Shown: in pieces, positions 9,651 to 18,634 of the stretch | How positions within the stretch are numbered: the stretch's first letter is position 1 | How the letters are laid out: each line of letters begins with the position of its first letter | Assembly: GCA_041640595.1 (NCBI GenBank) | Contig: JBEPZY010000001.1 | Coordinates: 608,001-672,000, forward strand | DNA: 64,000 nt | Direction: 5' to 3' | DNA from: Gemmatales bacterium | GTDB lineage: Bacteria > Planctomycetota > Planctomycetia > Gemmatales > HRBIN36 | The notes under the pieces: generated by a model | Told to the model about the DNA's origin: nothing | What the model saw: the letters and a program-made list of their open reading frames with translations, nothing else | Databases searched by the model: none | Translations under genes and position numbers: made by a program

Positions 9651-11540
9651 ATGCTGAACGTGGCGCTGAAGGAGGCAATTACGCGATTCCTGCATCGTGT
9701 GCAAAAGCCAGCGCAATACCTGGGTGGTGAGTGGAACAGCATCGTCAAGGATCACCGACAGGTACGCGGCAAGCTTTGTTTGTCGTTTGCCGACACTTAT
9801 ACCCTGGGCATGAGCCATCACGGTTTGCAAGTGCTTTACAGCATCATGAACAATGACCCACAATGGGCATGTGAGCGAGCCTTTACCCCCTGGCTGGATT
9901 TTGAATGTGAGCTACGGCAGCGCGGATTGCCGCTGTACAGTCTGGAGACCTTCACGCCGCTACGAGAATTTGACCTTCTCGGTTTCAGCCTCCAGTACGA
10001 GGTTTGCTACACAAACATTCTGACGATGCTGGACCTGGGGGGCGTGCCGTTATACAGCCAAGACCGCGGACTGGAAGACCCTCTGGTAGTTTGCGGTGGG
10101 CCGGGAGCGCAAAACCCCGAAGTTCTCGCTCCTTTCGTGGACGTATTCGTGTTGGGCGACGGCGAGGAAAGCTTACCCTGGCTGATGGACCGCTGGATGG
10201 CATTGAAAGAACGAGCCCGTAGCCGCCACGGCCAGATGTCGCCGGAAAAGTCACGCCAGGTCCGGCAGGAGCTGGTTGCTGAACTGGTGGCGTCGGTTCC
10301 GGAGGGTGGATGGCTACCCTGGGCCTATGCGCCTGCGTTTTACCAGCCGGAATATCATTCGGACGGCACGCTCCGTTGCATTCGCCGGACCCGTAGTGAT
10401 GTCCCTGAACAGATTTATGCCTGCATTTTGCGGAAGGATTTTGATGATGTTCCGCTGCCGGCTCGGCCGATTGTTTCCAACGTCGAGACAACTCACGATC
10501 GCATTCCGATCGAAATTATGCGTGGCTGTCCCTGGCAGTGCCGATTCTGCCAATCCACGGTCATCAAACGGCCGATCCGGGTCCGCTCGGTAGAAACGAT
10601 CGTGCGCTCCGCTCTGGAGGCCTACCGCAATACGGGGTACAACGAGATCAGCTTGCTCAGCCTCAGTTCCAGCGATTACCCGTATTTTGAAGAGCTTGTC
10701 AAGCGCATGCATGAAGTGTTCAACCCTCTGGGGGTCAACGTGTCACTGCCCAGCTTGCGAGTCAATCATCAGCTGCGAAGCTTGCCAAAACTGGTCAAAG
10801 GCGTGCGTCATCACGGTCTGACGTTAGCGCCTGAGGTAGCCCGCAACGATATGCGCGAGCAAATTCGCAAACCGGTTCGCAACGAAGACCTGTACGAAGG
10901 ATGTCGGCAAGCGTTCGCCAATGGCTGGCGGCGGGTCAAACTGTATTTCATGTGCGGCTTGCCAGGAGAACGTCGGGTTGATCTGGACGGCATCGTCGAA
11001 ATGGCGGAAACGATTGCTCGCATTGGTAAGGAAATCCTCGGGAGATATGCCGAGGTGACCGCGAGTGTATCCAACTTTGTCCCCAAGCCCCATACTCCGT
11101 ACCAGTGGCACGGAATGGCCAGCCGCGAGTACCTGGAGTGGGCCGGGACCTACTTGCGCAGCCGCTGCCGCATTCGGTCTGTTCGCATCAAACAGCATGA
11201 TATTGATCGCAGCCTGCTTGAAGGATTATTGACTCGCGGTGATCGTCGGATCGCCGCGGTTATCGAACAAGCCTGGCGACGCGGTGCTCGACTGGACGCC
11301 TGGGATGAATGCTTCAAACCGCAAGTCTGGTGGCGGGTTGTCAATGACCTGGGCGTGGATTTCGCCTTCTACGTCCACCGCCACCGACCGCTTTCGGAAG
11401 TTCTACCCTGGGACCATATCAATGTCAAAGCCGGGCGGGATTGGCTGGCCAAGGAACATCAACGCAGCCTTTTGCAGCTCGAAAGCCTCAAGCACGCTTC
11501 GGAGGATATACCCAGTCCACAATTTGTCGGTCGGCCGTAA
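9651..11540 (+). CDS. TIGR03960-type B12-binding radical SAM protein
   Basis: V.KPAQYLGGE.N N-terminus, D.Y.LGMSHHG, GFSLQYE, RGCPWQCRFCQ (CxxxCxxC), KLYFMCGLP, FVPKPHTPYQW and LPWDHI. Confidence 0.9.
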   Translation: MLNVALKEAITRFLHRVQKPAQYLGGEWNSIVKDHRQVRGKLCLSFADTYTLGMSHHGLQVLYSIMNNDPQWACERAFTPWLDFECELRQRGLPLYSLETFTPLREFDLLGFSLQYEVCYTNILTMLDLGGVPLYSQDRGLEDPLVVCGGPGAQNPEVLAPFVDVFVLGDGEESLPWLMDRWMALKERARSRHGQMSPEKSRQVRQELVAELVASVPEGGWLPWAYAPAFYQPEYHSDGTLRCIRRTRSDVPEQIYACILRKDFDDVPLPARPIVSNVETTHDRIPIEIMRGCPWQCRFCQSTVIKRPIRVRSVETIVRSALEAYRNTGYNEISLLSLSSSDYPYFEELVKRMHEVFNPLGVNVSLPSLRVNHQLRSLPKLVKGVRHHGLTLAPEVARNDMREQIRKPVRNEDLYEGCRQAFANGWRRVKLYFMCGLPGERRVDLDGIVEMAETIARIGKEILGRYAEVTASVSNFVPKPHTPYQWHGMASREYLEWAGTYLRSRCRIRSVRIKQHDIDRSLLEGLLTRGDRRIAAVIEQAWRRGARLDAWDECFKPQVWWRVVNDLGVDFAFYVHRHRPLSEVLPWDHINVKAGRDWLAKEHQRSLLQLESLKHASEDIPSPQFVGRP

Positions 11541-11646
11541 GCAAAACTGAAAGCCGCCGAAGGTCGGAGCTATATTTCTTTGTGAGTGTCTGTGTGCTAC
11601 CTATGAGGATGCGAAGTTACCGGAAAGAGCAAAACGAACGGAAGCA

Positions 11647-12789
11647 ATGGGCATGAAACGGTTGCACGTAGCGTTGGTTTATAATGCGGCTCGAACAAGC
11701 ACCCCCGATCGCCCCGAGGATCGCGGTAGTATGCACGATCTTCGGGTGCAGATTCGCCGTTTGGCGCGCACATTGCGCAAACTTGGCCATACCGTAACGG
11801 TGGTAGCCCTGGCTCATGATTTATTTCGTTTTCAGCGATTGCTGAGACGGCTACGTCCTGATGTCGTATTCAACCAGTATGACGATGTCGTGCATGGTGC
11901 CCAGTACGAAATGCGCGTGGCCGCTCTGGTACGCATGTTGGGATTTCCGATGACCGGTTCCCCGGCACTTGCGCTGGGATTATGCCGATTCAAGTTCATG
12001 ACCGCCTCATTGCTCAGCGGCGTAGGCATCCCTGTTCCGCCCAATACTGCGTTGTTGGAAACGGTCAAATCCGTTCGAGAACACAAATGGCAATTTCCGC
12101 TGATTGTTCAGCCCAGCCAGGAGCACGCAGGTATTGGATTAGAGCGCGACTCGATCGTTTACACCAAAACACAATTGCGGCGGAAAGTCGCTCAGATTCT
12201 TCGCGAGTATAAGCAGCCGGCTCTGGTCCAGCGGTTTTTAAGCGGTCGAGAGTTTAATGTGGGACTAGTGGGTGGTCACCGTTTGCGCATCCTCCCCCTG
12301 GCCGAAGTGGACTATTCGCAACTGCCGCCGGACATTCCGCCCATCATGTCCTACGCTGCCAAATGGCTTGAGAATACCGAAGAATACCAAAAAACCAGCG
12401 TCATTTGCCCGGCCAAAGTTGACCCGCAACTGGAACAGGAGATCGGGCAGATGGCAGTGCGTGCTTTTCGTTGCATTGGCGGCTGGGGATACGGTCGCGT
12501 TGATATTCGCCTGGACGAAACTGGCCGGCCTTTTGTCCTGGATGTCAATTGCAATCCCTGTCTGGATGAGGGTATCGGGATCGCACGGCAGGCCGAACGC
12601 GCCGGTATTTCTTTCCCGGAGTTGCTCAAACTGATTTTGAAAGCTGCCCTGGAACGCCCACCTTTTGACGTGGATATGCCTATGTTGGGCGTCGGCTCAA
12701 CGGCAACATCACTTGCCAATGGACGCGACCGGCTATCTGTCCCAGGCGACTTGCAAAACCCGGCTGGTTCTGTCGCTAACAACCCATGA
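11647..12789 (+). CDS. D-Ala-D-Ala ligase-like ATP-grasp protein
   Basis: PDVVFN, P.TGS, GREFNV, SY.AKW, CPA, YGRVDIRLD and VN.NP. Several nucleotide-binding residues are substituted (see findings). Confidence 0.8.
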   Translation: MGMKRLHVALVYNAARTSTPDRPEDRGSMHDLRVQIRRLARTLRKLGHTVTVVALAHDLFRFQRLLRRLRPDVVFNQYDDVVHGAQYEMRVAALVRMLGFPMTGSPALALGLCRFKFMTASLLSGVGIPVPPNTALLETVKSVREHKWQFPLIVQPSQEHAGIGLERDSIVYTKTQLRRKVAQILREYKQPALVQRFLSGREFNVGLVGGHRLRILPLAEVDYSQLPPDIPPIMSYAAKWLENTEEYQKTSVICPAKVDPQLEQEIGQMAVRAFRCIGGWGYGRVDIRLDETGRPFVLDVNCNPCLDEGIGIARQAERAGISFPELLKLILKAALERPPFDVDMPMLGVGSTATSLANGRDRLSVPGDLQNPAGSVANNP

Positions 12790-12948
12790 TTCCCGCTGAG
12801 AAATCGGCTCGGTTTAAAAAGCGAACCGCGTTACCTGGACCGCTCCCAGGCCAGTGCTCGAATTTTCCTTTCATCTGTCCAGGTTTGCGCCTAAAATTTA
12901 TCAGAGACGTAGAAGCGGTCCACACTACTAAGAAAGGAGGAAAATCGG

Positions 12949-13353
12949 TTGAGTGAAACAATGCAGCGCGTGCCTCGTCTTAAACGCCACCTCCCGAGTG
13001 CGTTAGAACGCGCGTTTTTGTGTGCCCGCGTTGCCGACCAGCACAAAGCTCGTGATATCCTCGTCCTGGACATGCGCCGTCTAACGCCGCTGTATGATTT
13101 TATGGTGCTGGTTACCGCTCAAAGCCGGCGACAACTCCACGCTTTGGTAGAAGAAATTGATGCAGCTATGCGTGCGGTCGGCGACGAACGCCTCGGCATC
13201 GAGGGCTACGAGACCGGCAAGTGGGTCGTGGAAGATTACGGCGACGTGGTGATACACATCTTCGATCCGCCTACTCGCGATTACTACGGTCTGGAACACC
13301 TCTGGGCAGACGCTCCTCAACTCGATTGGCGAAACAGCGACGGCCAGGTATAA
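12949..13353 (+). CDS. rsfS: Ribosome silencing factor
   Basis: KARDILVLDM, DFMV, EG...W...DYGDVVIHIF and R.YYGLE.LW.DAP. RBS AAGGAGG precedes the TTG start. Confidence 0.95.
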   Translation: MSETMQRVPRLKRHLPSALERAFLCARVADQHKARDILVLDMRRLTPLYDFMVLVTAQSRRQLHALVEEIDAAMRAVGDERLGIEGYETGKWVVEDYGDVVIHIFDPPTRDYYGLEHLWADAPQLDWRNSDGQV

Positions 13354-13457
13354 GTTAACTTCCCACCTGGGCCCAGGCTCGTATAAATCAGGTTGCGTCT
13401 CCTCCTTGCCTTGAAGGCATAGAGAGGTTTTCGTGCTCTCCGAACGGGATTTTGGCC

Positions 13458-15215
13458 ATGAACTTGCTCACTTTCCTGCGTCATCACTTTCGCACAGCAC
13501 TTGAACAATTGCAGATTCCGGACGCGGAGAAATATCTCGATCTCATCAAACCCGCTAGCGACCCCCGCTTTGGCGATTATCAGGCCAATTTGGCCATGCC
13601 CTTGGGCAAGCTGCTGGGCAAACCCCCGAGGCAGCTGGCCGCAGAAATCATCGCCCGCCTGCAATTGGACGAGGCTACCGAACCGCCGGAAGTTGCCGGC
13701 CCAGGATTTATCAACATAAGGTTTCGCTCGTCCTGGTTGGCGCAGCAGGTTGCCCATCTGGTTACCGATGACCGCCTCGGCGTGGCCCCCATCGAAAATC
13801 CTTTGACCTATGTCATAGATTACAGCTCTCCTAACGTTGCCAAGCCAATGCACGTAGGCCACCTCCGCAGCACGGTCATCGGCGATGCTCTCGCGCGCAT
13901 TCTTCGTTTCGTCGGACATCGAGTCATTACTGATAACCATCTCGGCGATTGGGGGACACAGTTCGGTATGCTGATTTACGGTTATAAACATTTCCGCGAC
14001 GAAGCCGCATTACAAGCTAACCCGGTCCGAGAAATGCTTCGTCTTTATGTGTTAGTACGCGAGAAGATTAAACAGGCCGGAGGCGCTCAGGAAGACGAAG
14101 AAGAGGAGGCATCGAATCCCATCGCCGAAGCTTGCCGCCAGGAGACCGCTAAACTTCATGCGGGGGATCCTGAAAATTTGGAGCTTTGGCGAAAAATGAT
14201 GCCTTGGTGCCTCGCAGAATTAGAGAAAATTTACTGCCGACTGGACGTTCACTTTGACTATACTTTAGGCGAGAGTTTCTATCAGCCTATGCTTGCTAGC
14301 GTTGTCGAAGACCTTCTCGCTCGAGGGATTGCGACTTATAGCGACGGTGCCGTGGTTGTGTTTGCTAGTGCGGATCAGCCACCTGCTATCATTCGCAAGC
14401 GCGATGGCGCTTACACCTATATGACCACGGACCTGGCCACTATCCGTTATCGTGTCGAACATTTCCAGCCCCACTCAATACTATACGTCGTGGATTTTCG
14501 GCAGACCTTACATTTCCAGCAACTATTCGAAATAGCCCGGCGATGGGGCTATAGCGATGTCCATTTTGAACACGTATCTTTCGGTTCAGTGTTAGGCCCT
14601 GATCGTAAACCTATCAAGACCAGGGAAGGCGGTGCTGTCGAACTGGAAGCCTTATTAGATGAAGCCGTGCGGCGGGCTCGGGCAATTGTGGATGCGAACA
14701 GTCCGGAACTACCTGAAGAAAAGCGGGCCGAAATCGCCGAGGCTGTTGGAATTGGCGCCGTCAAATATGCCGATCTGTCTCAGAACCGCACCAGCGATTA
14801 CATTTTTAACTGGGACAAAATGTTGGCCATGGATGGAAATACAGCCACCTATATGCAGTACGCTTACGCCCGCATTCAAAGTGTTTTTCGTAAAGGGAAC
14901 ATCGAACCAGTAGCTCTGCGTGATTCACATCTAGTCGTGAGCCTAGAAACTCCCGAGGAGCGACAACTCGCCCTGACTTTGCTTCGCCTTCCTGAGGCAA
15001 TCCAGTCAGCGGCATCGGAATATAGACCGAACGCACTTACATCTTACCTCTGGGACCTGGCAAATGCTTATAGTGCATTGTATCAAAACCATCCGATTCT
15101 GAAGGCACCTGAGGAACATCTCCGGCATAGCCGTCTAATCCTGTCCGACCTGACCGGCCGGACCATACGTCTCGGCTTGCAATTGTTAGGCATTCGCTGT
15201 GTAGAGCAAATGTGA
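13458..15215 (+). CDS. argS: Arginine--tRNA ligase
   Basis: FGDYQAN, AGPGFIN, DYSSPNVAKPMHVGHLRST (HIGH motif), GDWGTQFG and GNTATYMQYAYARI. Confidence 0.97.
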   Translation: MNLLTFLRHHFRTALEQLQIPDAEKYLDLIKPASDPRFGDYQANLAMPLGKLLGKPPRQLAAEIIARLQLDEATEPPEVAGPGFINIRFRSSWLAQQVAHLVTDDRLGVAPIENPLTYVIDYSSPNVAKPMHVGHLRSTVIGDALARILRFVGHRVITDNHLGDWGTQFGMLIYGYKHFRDEAALQANPVREMLRLYVLVREKIKQAGGAQEDEEEEASNPIAEACRQETAKLHAGDPENLELWRKMMPWCLAELEKIYCRLDVHFDYTLGESFYQPMLASVVEDLLARGIATYSDGAVVVFASADQPPAIIRKRDGAYTYMTTDLATIRYRVEHFQPHSILYVVDFRQTLHFQQLFEIARRWGYSDVHFEHVSFGSVLGPDRKPIKTREGGAVELEALLDEAVRRARAIVDANSPELPEEKRAEIAEAVGIGAVKYADLSQNRTSDYIFNWDKMLAMDGNTATYMQYAYARIQSVFRKGNIEPVALRDSHLVVSLETPEERQLALTLLRLPEAIQSAASEYRPNALTSYLWDLANAYSALYQNHPILKAPEEHLRHSRLILSDLTGRTIRLGLQLLGIRCVEQM

Positions 15216-15325
15216 TTCGCCACAAATTAAAGTTGCCCGCGAATATTTTGCATCACTCACCCTATGGCTACAATGACGCCCAGTTACATAGTGAGCTTGA
15301 CCGGGGATATTAGCTGAGCCTGGAA

Positions 15326-16891
15326 TTATTCCCCGAATACCAGATGAAGCTGACAACCCTCTAAATCTGGTATCTGAAACAATCGCGTTGCAATCTGGTC
15401 AGCGGACTCATTCGACCTAATTTTCACTGTAACCTGTATTGACTTGTCGGAGCCACGAACAATCTGGACATCCTTAGCAGAAGGGCCTAAAACAGTTAAG
15501 ATTCGCCGGCGTAGATCGTCGTCAGTGTTAGCCGTTGAGATAGGACTAAGTGGCGTTATCCCAGTGGGCATAGCTGCTCCGCTTGGGCTGATGATATTGC
15601 TTTGCTCCGAGCGTACAGAGTGTGAACTGGCGGTGTGGTTAGGAACTGACGGCAGTCCACGTAATGAAGGATAACTCAGCGGCGAGGCATTGGTCGTCGG
15701 GGCGAATGTGCTGCTGGCCGAATTTGTTGACCCGTGGGTTGGCGCGACCGTCGTGTCAAGGAGCCGAGGCTTAGGTAAAGTCTGATAGTCGGTGCGCAAG
15801 ACTTGGCTGGAATTGTAACGCTCTCCAGGCGTGAGTGGCATAACGGAACTTGATAAAGTGGAAGCATTAGCTCTGTAATCATTGGATTTCGTCGCCTCGG
15901 GCTGAGCGACACTGGTTACCGGCACCATCGGTTGCCCTTTCAGCCCAGGGATTGATATTGGTTGGCCTGGGTTTGCTGGAATATGTTGCGTAACAGCGAA
16001 AGAGCCGTTCACAGAATGCAGCGAGATATGTGGCGTTCCTGACCACACTCCATAAGCTCCCTCGGTTACAGTTACGAAGCTGTTCGGACTGGTATGGACA
16101 ACGTGACTTGAAACATGAGACGCCAGCGTATTGACATCCAAAAGCTGACGCATAGAAGGATACAAAGGTTGCAGTCTAGGGGCTGTAGCCTGCCCTAATG
16201 GTGCAGAAGGTGGGTGTTGTGCTAACTTAGGAACGGCCATCGAAGATCGCGGCCGCCACACAAATGGGTCAGAAGTTGTGTAATTGTCGGCATTTTCCGA
16301 TGGTGTATCAGAATAAGTTGCTGAGGCCTGCGCTGAGGCTAAATGAGGGTCTATCACCAGGTAGTTGCGCACTGCAAGGCAGTGAGGAACTTCCTGGAGA
16401 CAGCGGCTGGCTAATAATTTGTCCGCGAGGCTGGCTACGCGGCCTCGCAAGGTGACCACGCCCGATGAATCTGGGTAGATGTCAATTTCGGCAAAGCCTG
16501 TTGGGCCGCCTAAACGCGCTTGCTCAAGCTTTCGCTGTACGGCTTCCCCCAGCTCACGTGGTGAGCGGGGTGTTCTTGTGGGCAAGGAGAGGGGGTGTAC
16601 CTTGATACGGTCTTTTACTGGCAAAGCGGTTATTTGTGCTACCAGCTGTATGGCGCGAGTTCTCACACCCTCATTAGGAACGACACCTGCTACTTCAACA
16701 GCTTGATTTGCAACTTCTATATGCCAGTCATAAGGGAACGTTATGGGATCAGCTAATAGCTCTAATTCGATTCGAACTGCCAGGTCCTGCTCGAATCCGG
16801 GTCCATTGGCCCACAAACAGCGTGTTAGTTGCGATAACAGTGCGGCCAAAGCCAAGGTGAGAATGAGTATCGAGAAGGCTTTGGATTTCAT
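15326..16891 (-). CDS. Exported BON-domain protein with a long Ser/Thr/Pro-rich linker
   Basis: Signal peptide, two BON-like units (VEVAGVV...VKDRIKV; GVVTLRGRV...VRNYLVI), a low-complexity middle and a small C-terminal domain. Confidence 0.7.
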   Translation of the reverse strand: MKSKAFSILILTLALAALLSQLTRCLWANGPGFEQDLAVRIELELLADPITFPYDWHIEVANQAVEVAGVVPNEGVRTRAIQLVAQITALPVKDRIKVHPLSLPTRTPRSPRELGEAVQRKLEQARLGGPTGFAEIDIYPDSSGVVTLRGRVASLADKLLASRCLQEVPHCLAVRNYLVIDPHLASAQASATYSDTPSENADNYTTSDPFVWRPRSSMAVPKLAQHPPSAPLGQATAPRLQPLYPSMRQLLDVNTLASHVSSHVVHTSPNSFVTVTEGAYGVWSGTPHISLHSVNGSFAVTQHIPANPGQPISIPGLKGQPMVPVTSVAQPEATKSNDYRANASTLSSSVMPLTPGERYNSSQVLRTDYQTLPKPRLLDTTVAPTHGSTNSASSTFAPTTNASPLSYPSLRGLPSVPNHTASSHSVRSEQSNIISPSGAAMPTGITPLSPISTANTDDDLRRRILTVLGPSAKDVQIVRGSDKSIQVTVKIRSNESADQIATRLFQIPDLEGCQLHLVFGE

Positions 16892-16914
16892 GGAGCATAC
16901 CTTGATTATGAGTG

Positions 16915-17490
16915 CTAAGGGGCCGCCGTCATGAATTCACGCTGCACCTGCTGTTGCAGTTCTTGTTCCGGACCAACGCACACATGTAAGTGGTCCTTGT
17001 CTATGTAAATGACCTCAACGCGATCTTCCTCAATCTTGAAAGGAAATGGATAGGACGACTGAATGATCTGTTTGTAGTAAACCGTGCACTTGTAATGACA
17101 GTGGTGGAGCTGAGCCGGGCCAACTAACGGATAGAATCGGCAAGGGTCGAGTTGGTCCACTATGAGTTCCTTCTGGATGTCTTTGATGTCGCGGAGCTCT
17201 TCCAGAACGTAAGGGATACCGCGAATGACTTTAGGCAAGGCTCGGATGATTTCCTCATCTTGAGGTGCATCCATGCAGCGCGGCGGTCGTGTTCCGGGAA
17301 GAATCGGTGGCATGATAGGCGTTCGATGTTGCAGGCGACTGCTGAATTTCTCATCAAGCCGGTCTGCAGTCCACGGTGGAATAGGCACTGTCGCCACCAT
17401 GAATGACAGTGTGTGCAACGGCGTGCAGCCCATAACGAGAAGCAAACCTAGACAGCAAAATCGCCTGCGTTGATTGTGCTTGGCGGGCAT
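16915..17490 (-). CDS. Putative lipoprotein, planctomycete-type conserved hypothetical
   Basis: RBS GGGAGG. Basic N-terminus with lipobox-like LLLVMGC. Motifs YPLVGPAQLHHCHYKCTVYY and EVIYIDKDHLH. Confidence 0.65.
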   Translation of the reverse strand: MPAKHNQRRRFCCLGLLLVMGCTPLHTLSFMVATVPIPPWTADRLDEKFSSRLQHRTPIMPPILPGTRPPRCMDAPQDEEIIRALPKVIRGIPYVLEELRDIKDIQKELIVDQLDPCRFYPLVGPAQLHHCHYKCTVYYKQIIQSSYPFPFKIEEDRVEVIYIDKDHLHVCVGPEQELQQQVQREFMTAAP

Positions 17491-17551
17491 ACTGAGCCTC
17501 CCAGCCAGATCCACTCATTATAGCAAAAATCTGCTACCGACCCTATAATCT

Positions 17552-17579
17552 TCATCGGCGCAAACTGTATCGAACTTTA
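17552..17579 (-). promoter_or_regulatory. Candidate sigma28 (FliA/SigD/WhiG)-type promoter
   Basis: Minus strand reads TAAA-N16-GCCGATGA, about 60 bp upstream of the lipoprotein start. Confidence 0.5.
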
Positions 17580-17842
17580 GGAGTATGCACGTGGCAACGG
17601 GAAAATCGGCCTTCCAGAATTTGCCGATCTTGCCAAAAGCTTTGAGCGGGAATACGAGGCGAAGTTTGAAAGGAGAAGTATAAAATGATTACGACTCCGC
17701 AGGCACCGTAATCGGTTACGCTCAACTGGAGAGGCATTGTCGGCCCGACAAGCAAGTAGCGGAGGCCGATTTTGGCACGGCTTCGCAGGTGGGAGATGAC
17801 TCAATAGGACAGCAGCTTTTGGAATGGTGATATAACCGGGCG

Positions 17843-18634
17843 ATGAAAAATATCAAGCTCACTTTGAGTTACGATGGCACCGATTTCGCTGGTTGGCAAT
17901 CGCAACCCGGGCGCCGAACCGTTCAGGAAACTCTGGAAAAAGCTATCGCGGCAGTCGTTCAGGAGCCAGTGCGATGCAATGTCAGTGGTCGAACTGACGC
18001 AGGAGTTCACGCGTTAGGGCAAGTGGTCAACTTTTATACCTCGACCCGACTTACCGCAACGCAACTAATGCGTGCCATCAACGCCCATTTGCCCCCCGAT
18101 GTCGTGGTTCGTTTTGCGGAGGAAATGCCGCAGGCCTTCGATGCCAATCGGGACGCCCGAGGAAAATGGTACCGTTATTACGTTCACGTTGGATCGGTGC
18201 GACCGATTTTTTTACGCCGTTATGTCTGGCATGTTCCCTGGCGGTTGGATTTAGAAAAAATGCAACGTGCTTCACGAGTTTTATTAGGCCGACATGATTT
18301 TCGCAGTTTCGAAACCGAATGGCCCAACCGAATGTCTAGTGTGCGCAACGTCACTTATATATCGTGGCATCAGGCTGGCCCAATGATATGGTTAGACATA
18401 GCCGCCGATGGTTTTCTCTATAATATGGTGCGAGCCATCGTCGGTACGGTAGTCAATGTGGGGCGTGGCTACTGGCCTGTCGAACAGGTCGCTAAGATTC
18501 TGGAGGCTCGAGACAGACGCCAGGCAGGGCCCACAGCGCCACCTCAGGGTTTATTCCTGATGCGAGTGTATTACGGAAATGAGGAGCCTGACCTTGCCAG
18601 GGATTCCCAATTTCCCTTTGCTTTTGCAGATTGA
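17843..18634 (+). CDS. truA: tRNA pseudouridine(38-40) synthase
   Basis: YDGTDFAGWQ.Q, SGRTDAGVHA, G.HDF.SF, FLYNMVR and TAPPQGLFL. Confidence 0.96.
   Translation: MKNIKLTLSYDGTDFAGWQSQPGRRTVQETLEKAIAAVVQEPVRCNVSGRTDAGVHALGQVVNFYTSTRLTATQLMRAINAHLPPDVVVRFAEEMPQAFDANRDARGKWYRYYVHVGSVRPIFLRRYVWHVPWRLDLEKMQRASRVLLGRHDFRSFETEWPNRMSSVRNVTYISWHQAGPMIWLDIAADGFLYNMVRAIVGTVVNVGRGYWPVEQVAKILEARDRRQAGPTAPPQGLFLMRVYYGNEEPDLARDSQFPFAFAD

Noticed and set aside
9651..12789. RiPP cluster (radical SAM plus ATP-grasp)
   Set aside because: The radical SAM has no SPASM or RRE features, the ligase is Ddl-like, and the only short intergenic ORF lacks an RBS and precursor-like features.
17772..17790. Sigma54 promoter before truA (TTGGCACGGCTTCGC), and a similar element near 44498-44514
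   Set aside because: GG-to-GC spacing is 9 and 11 nt respectively, not the required 10.
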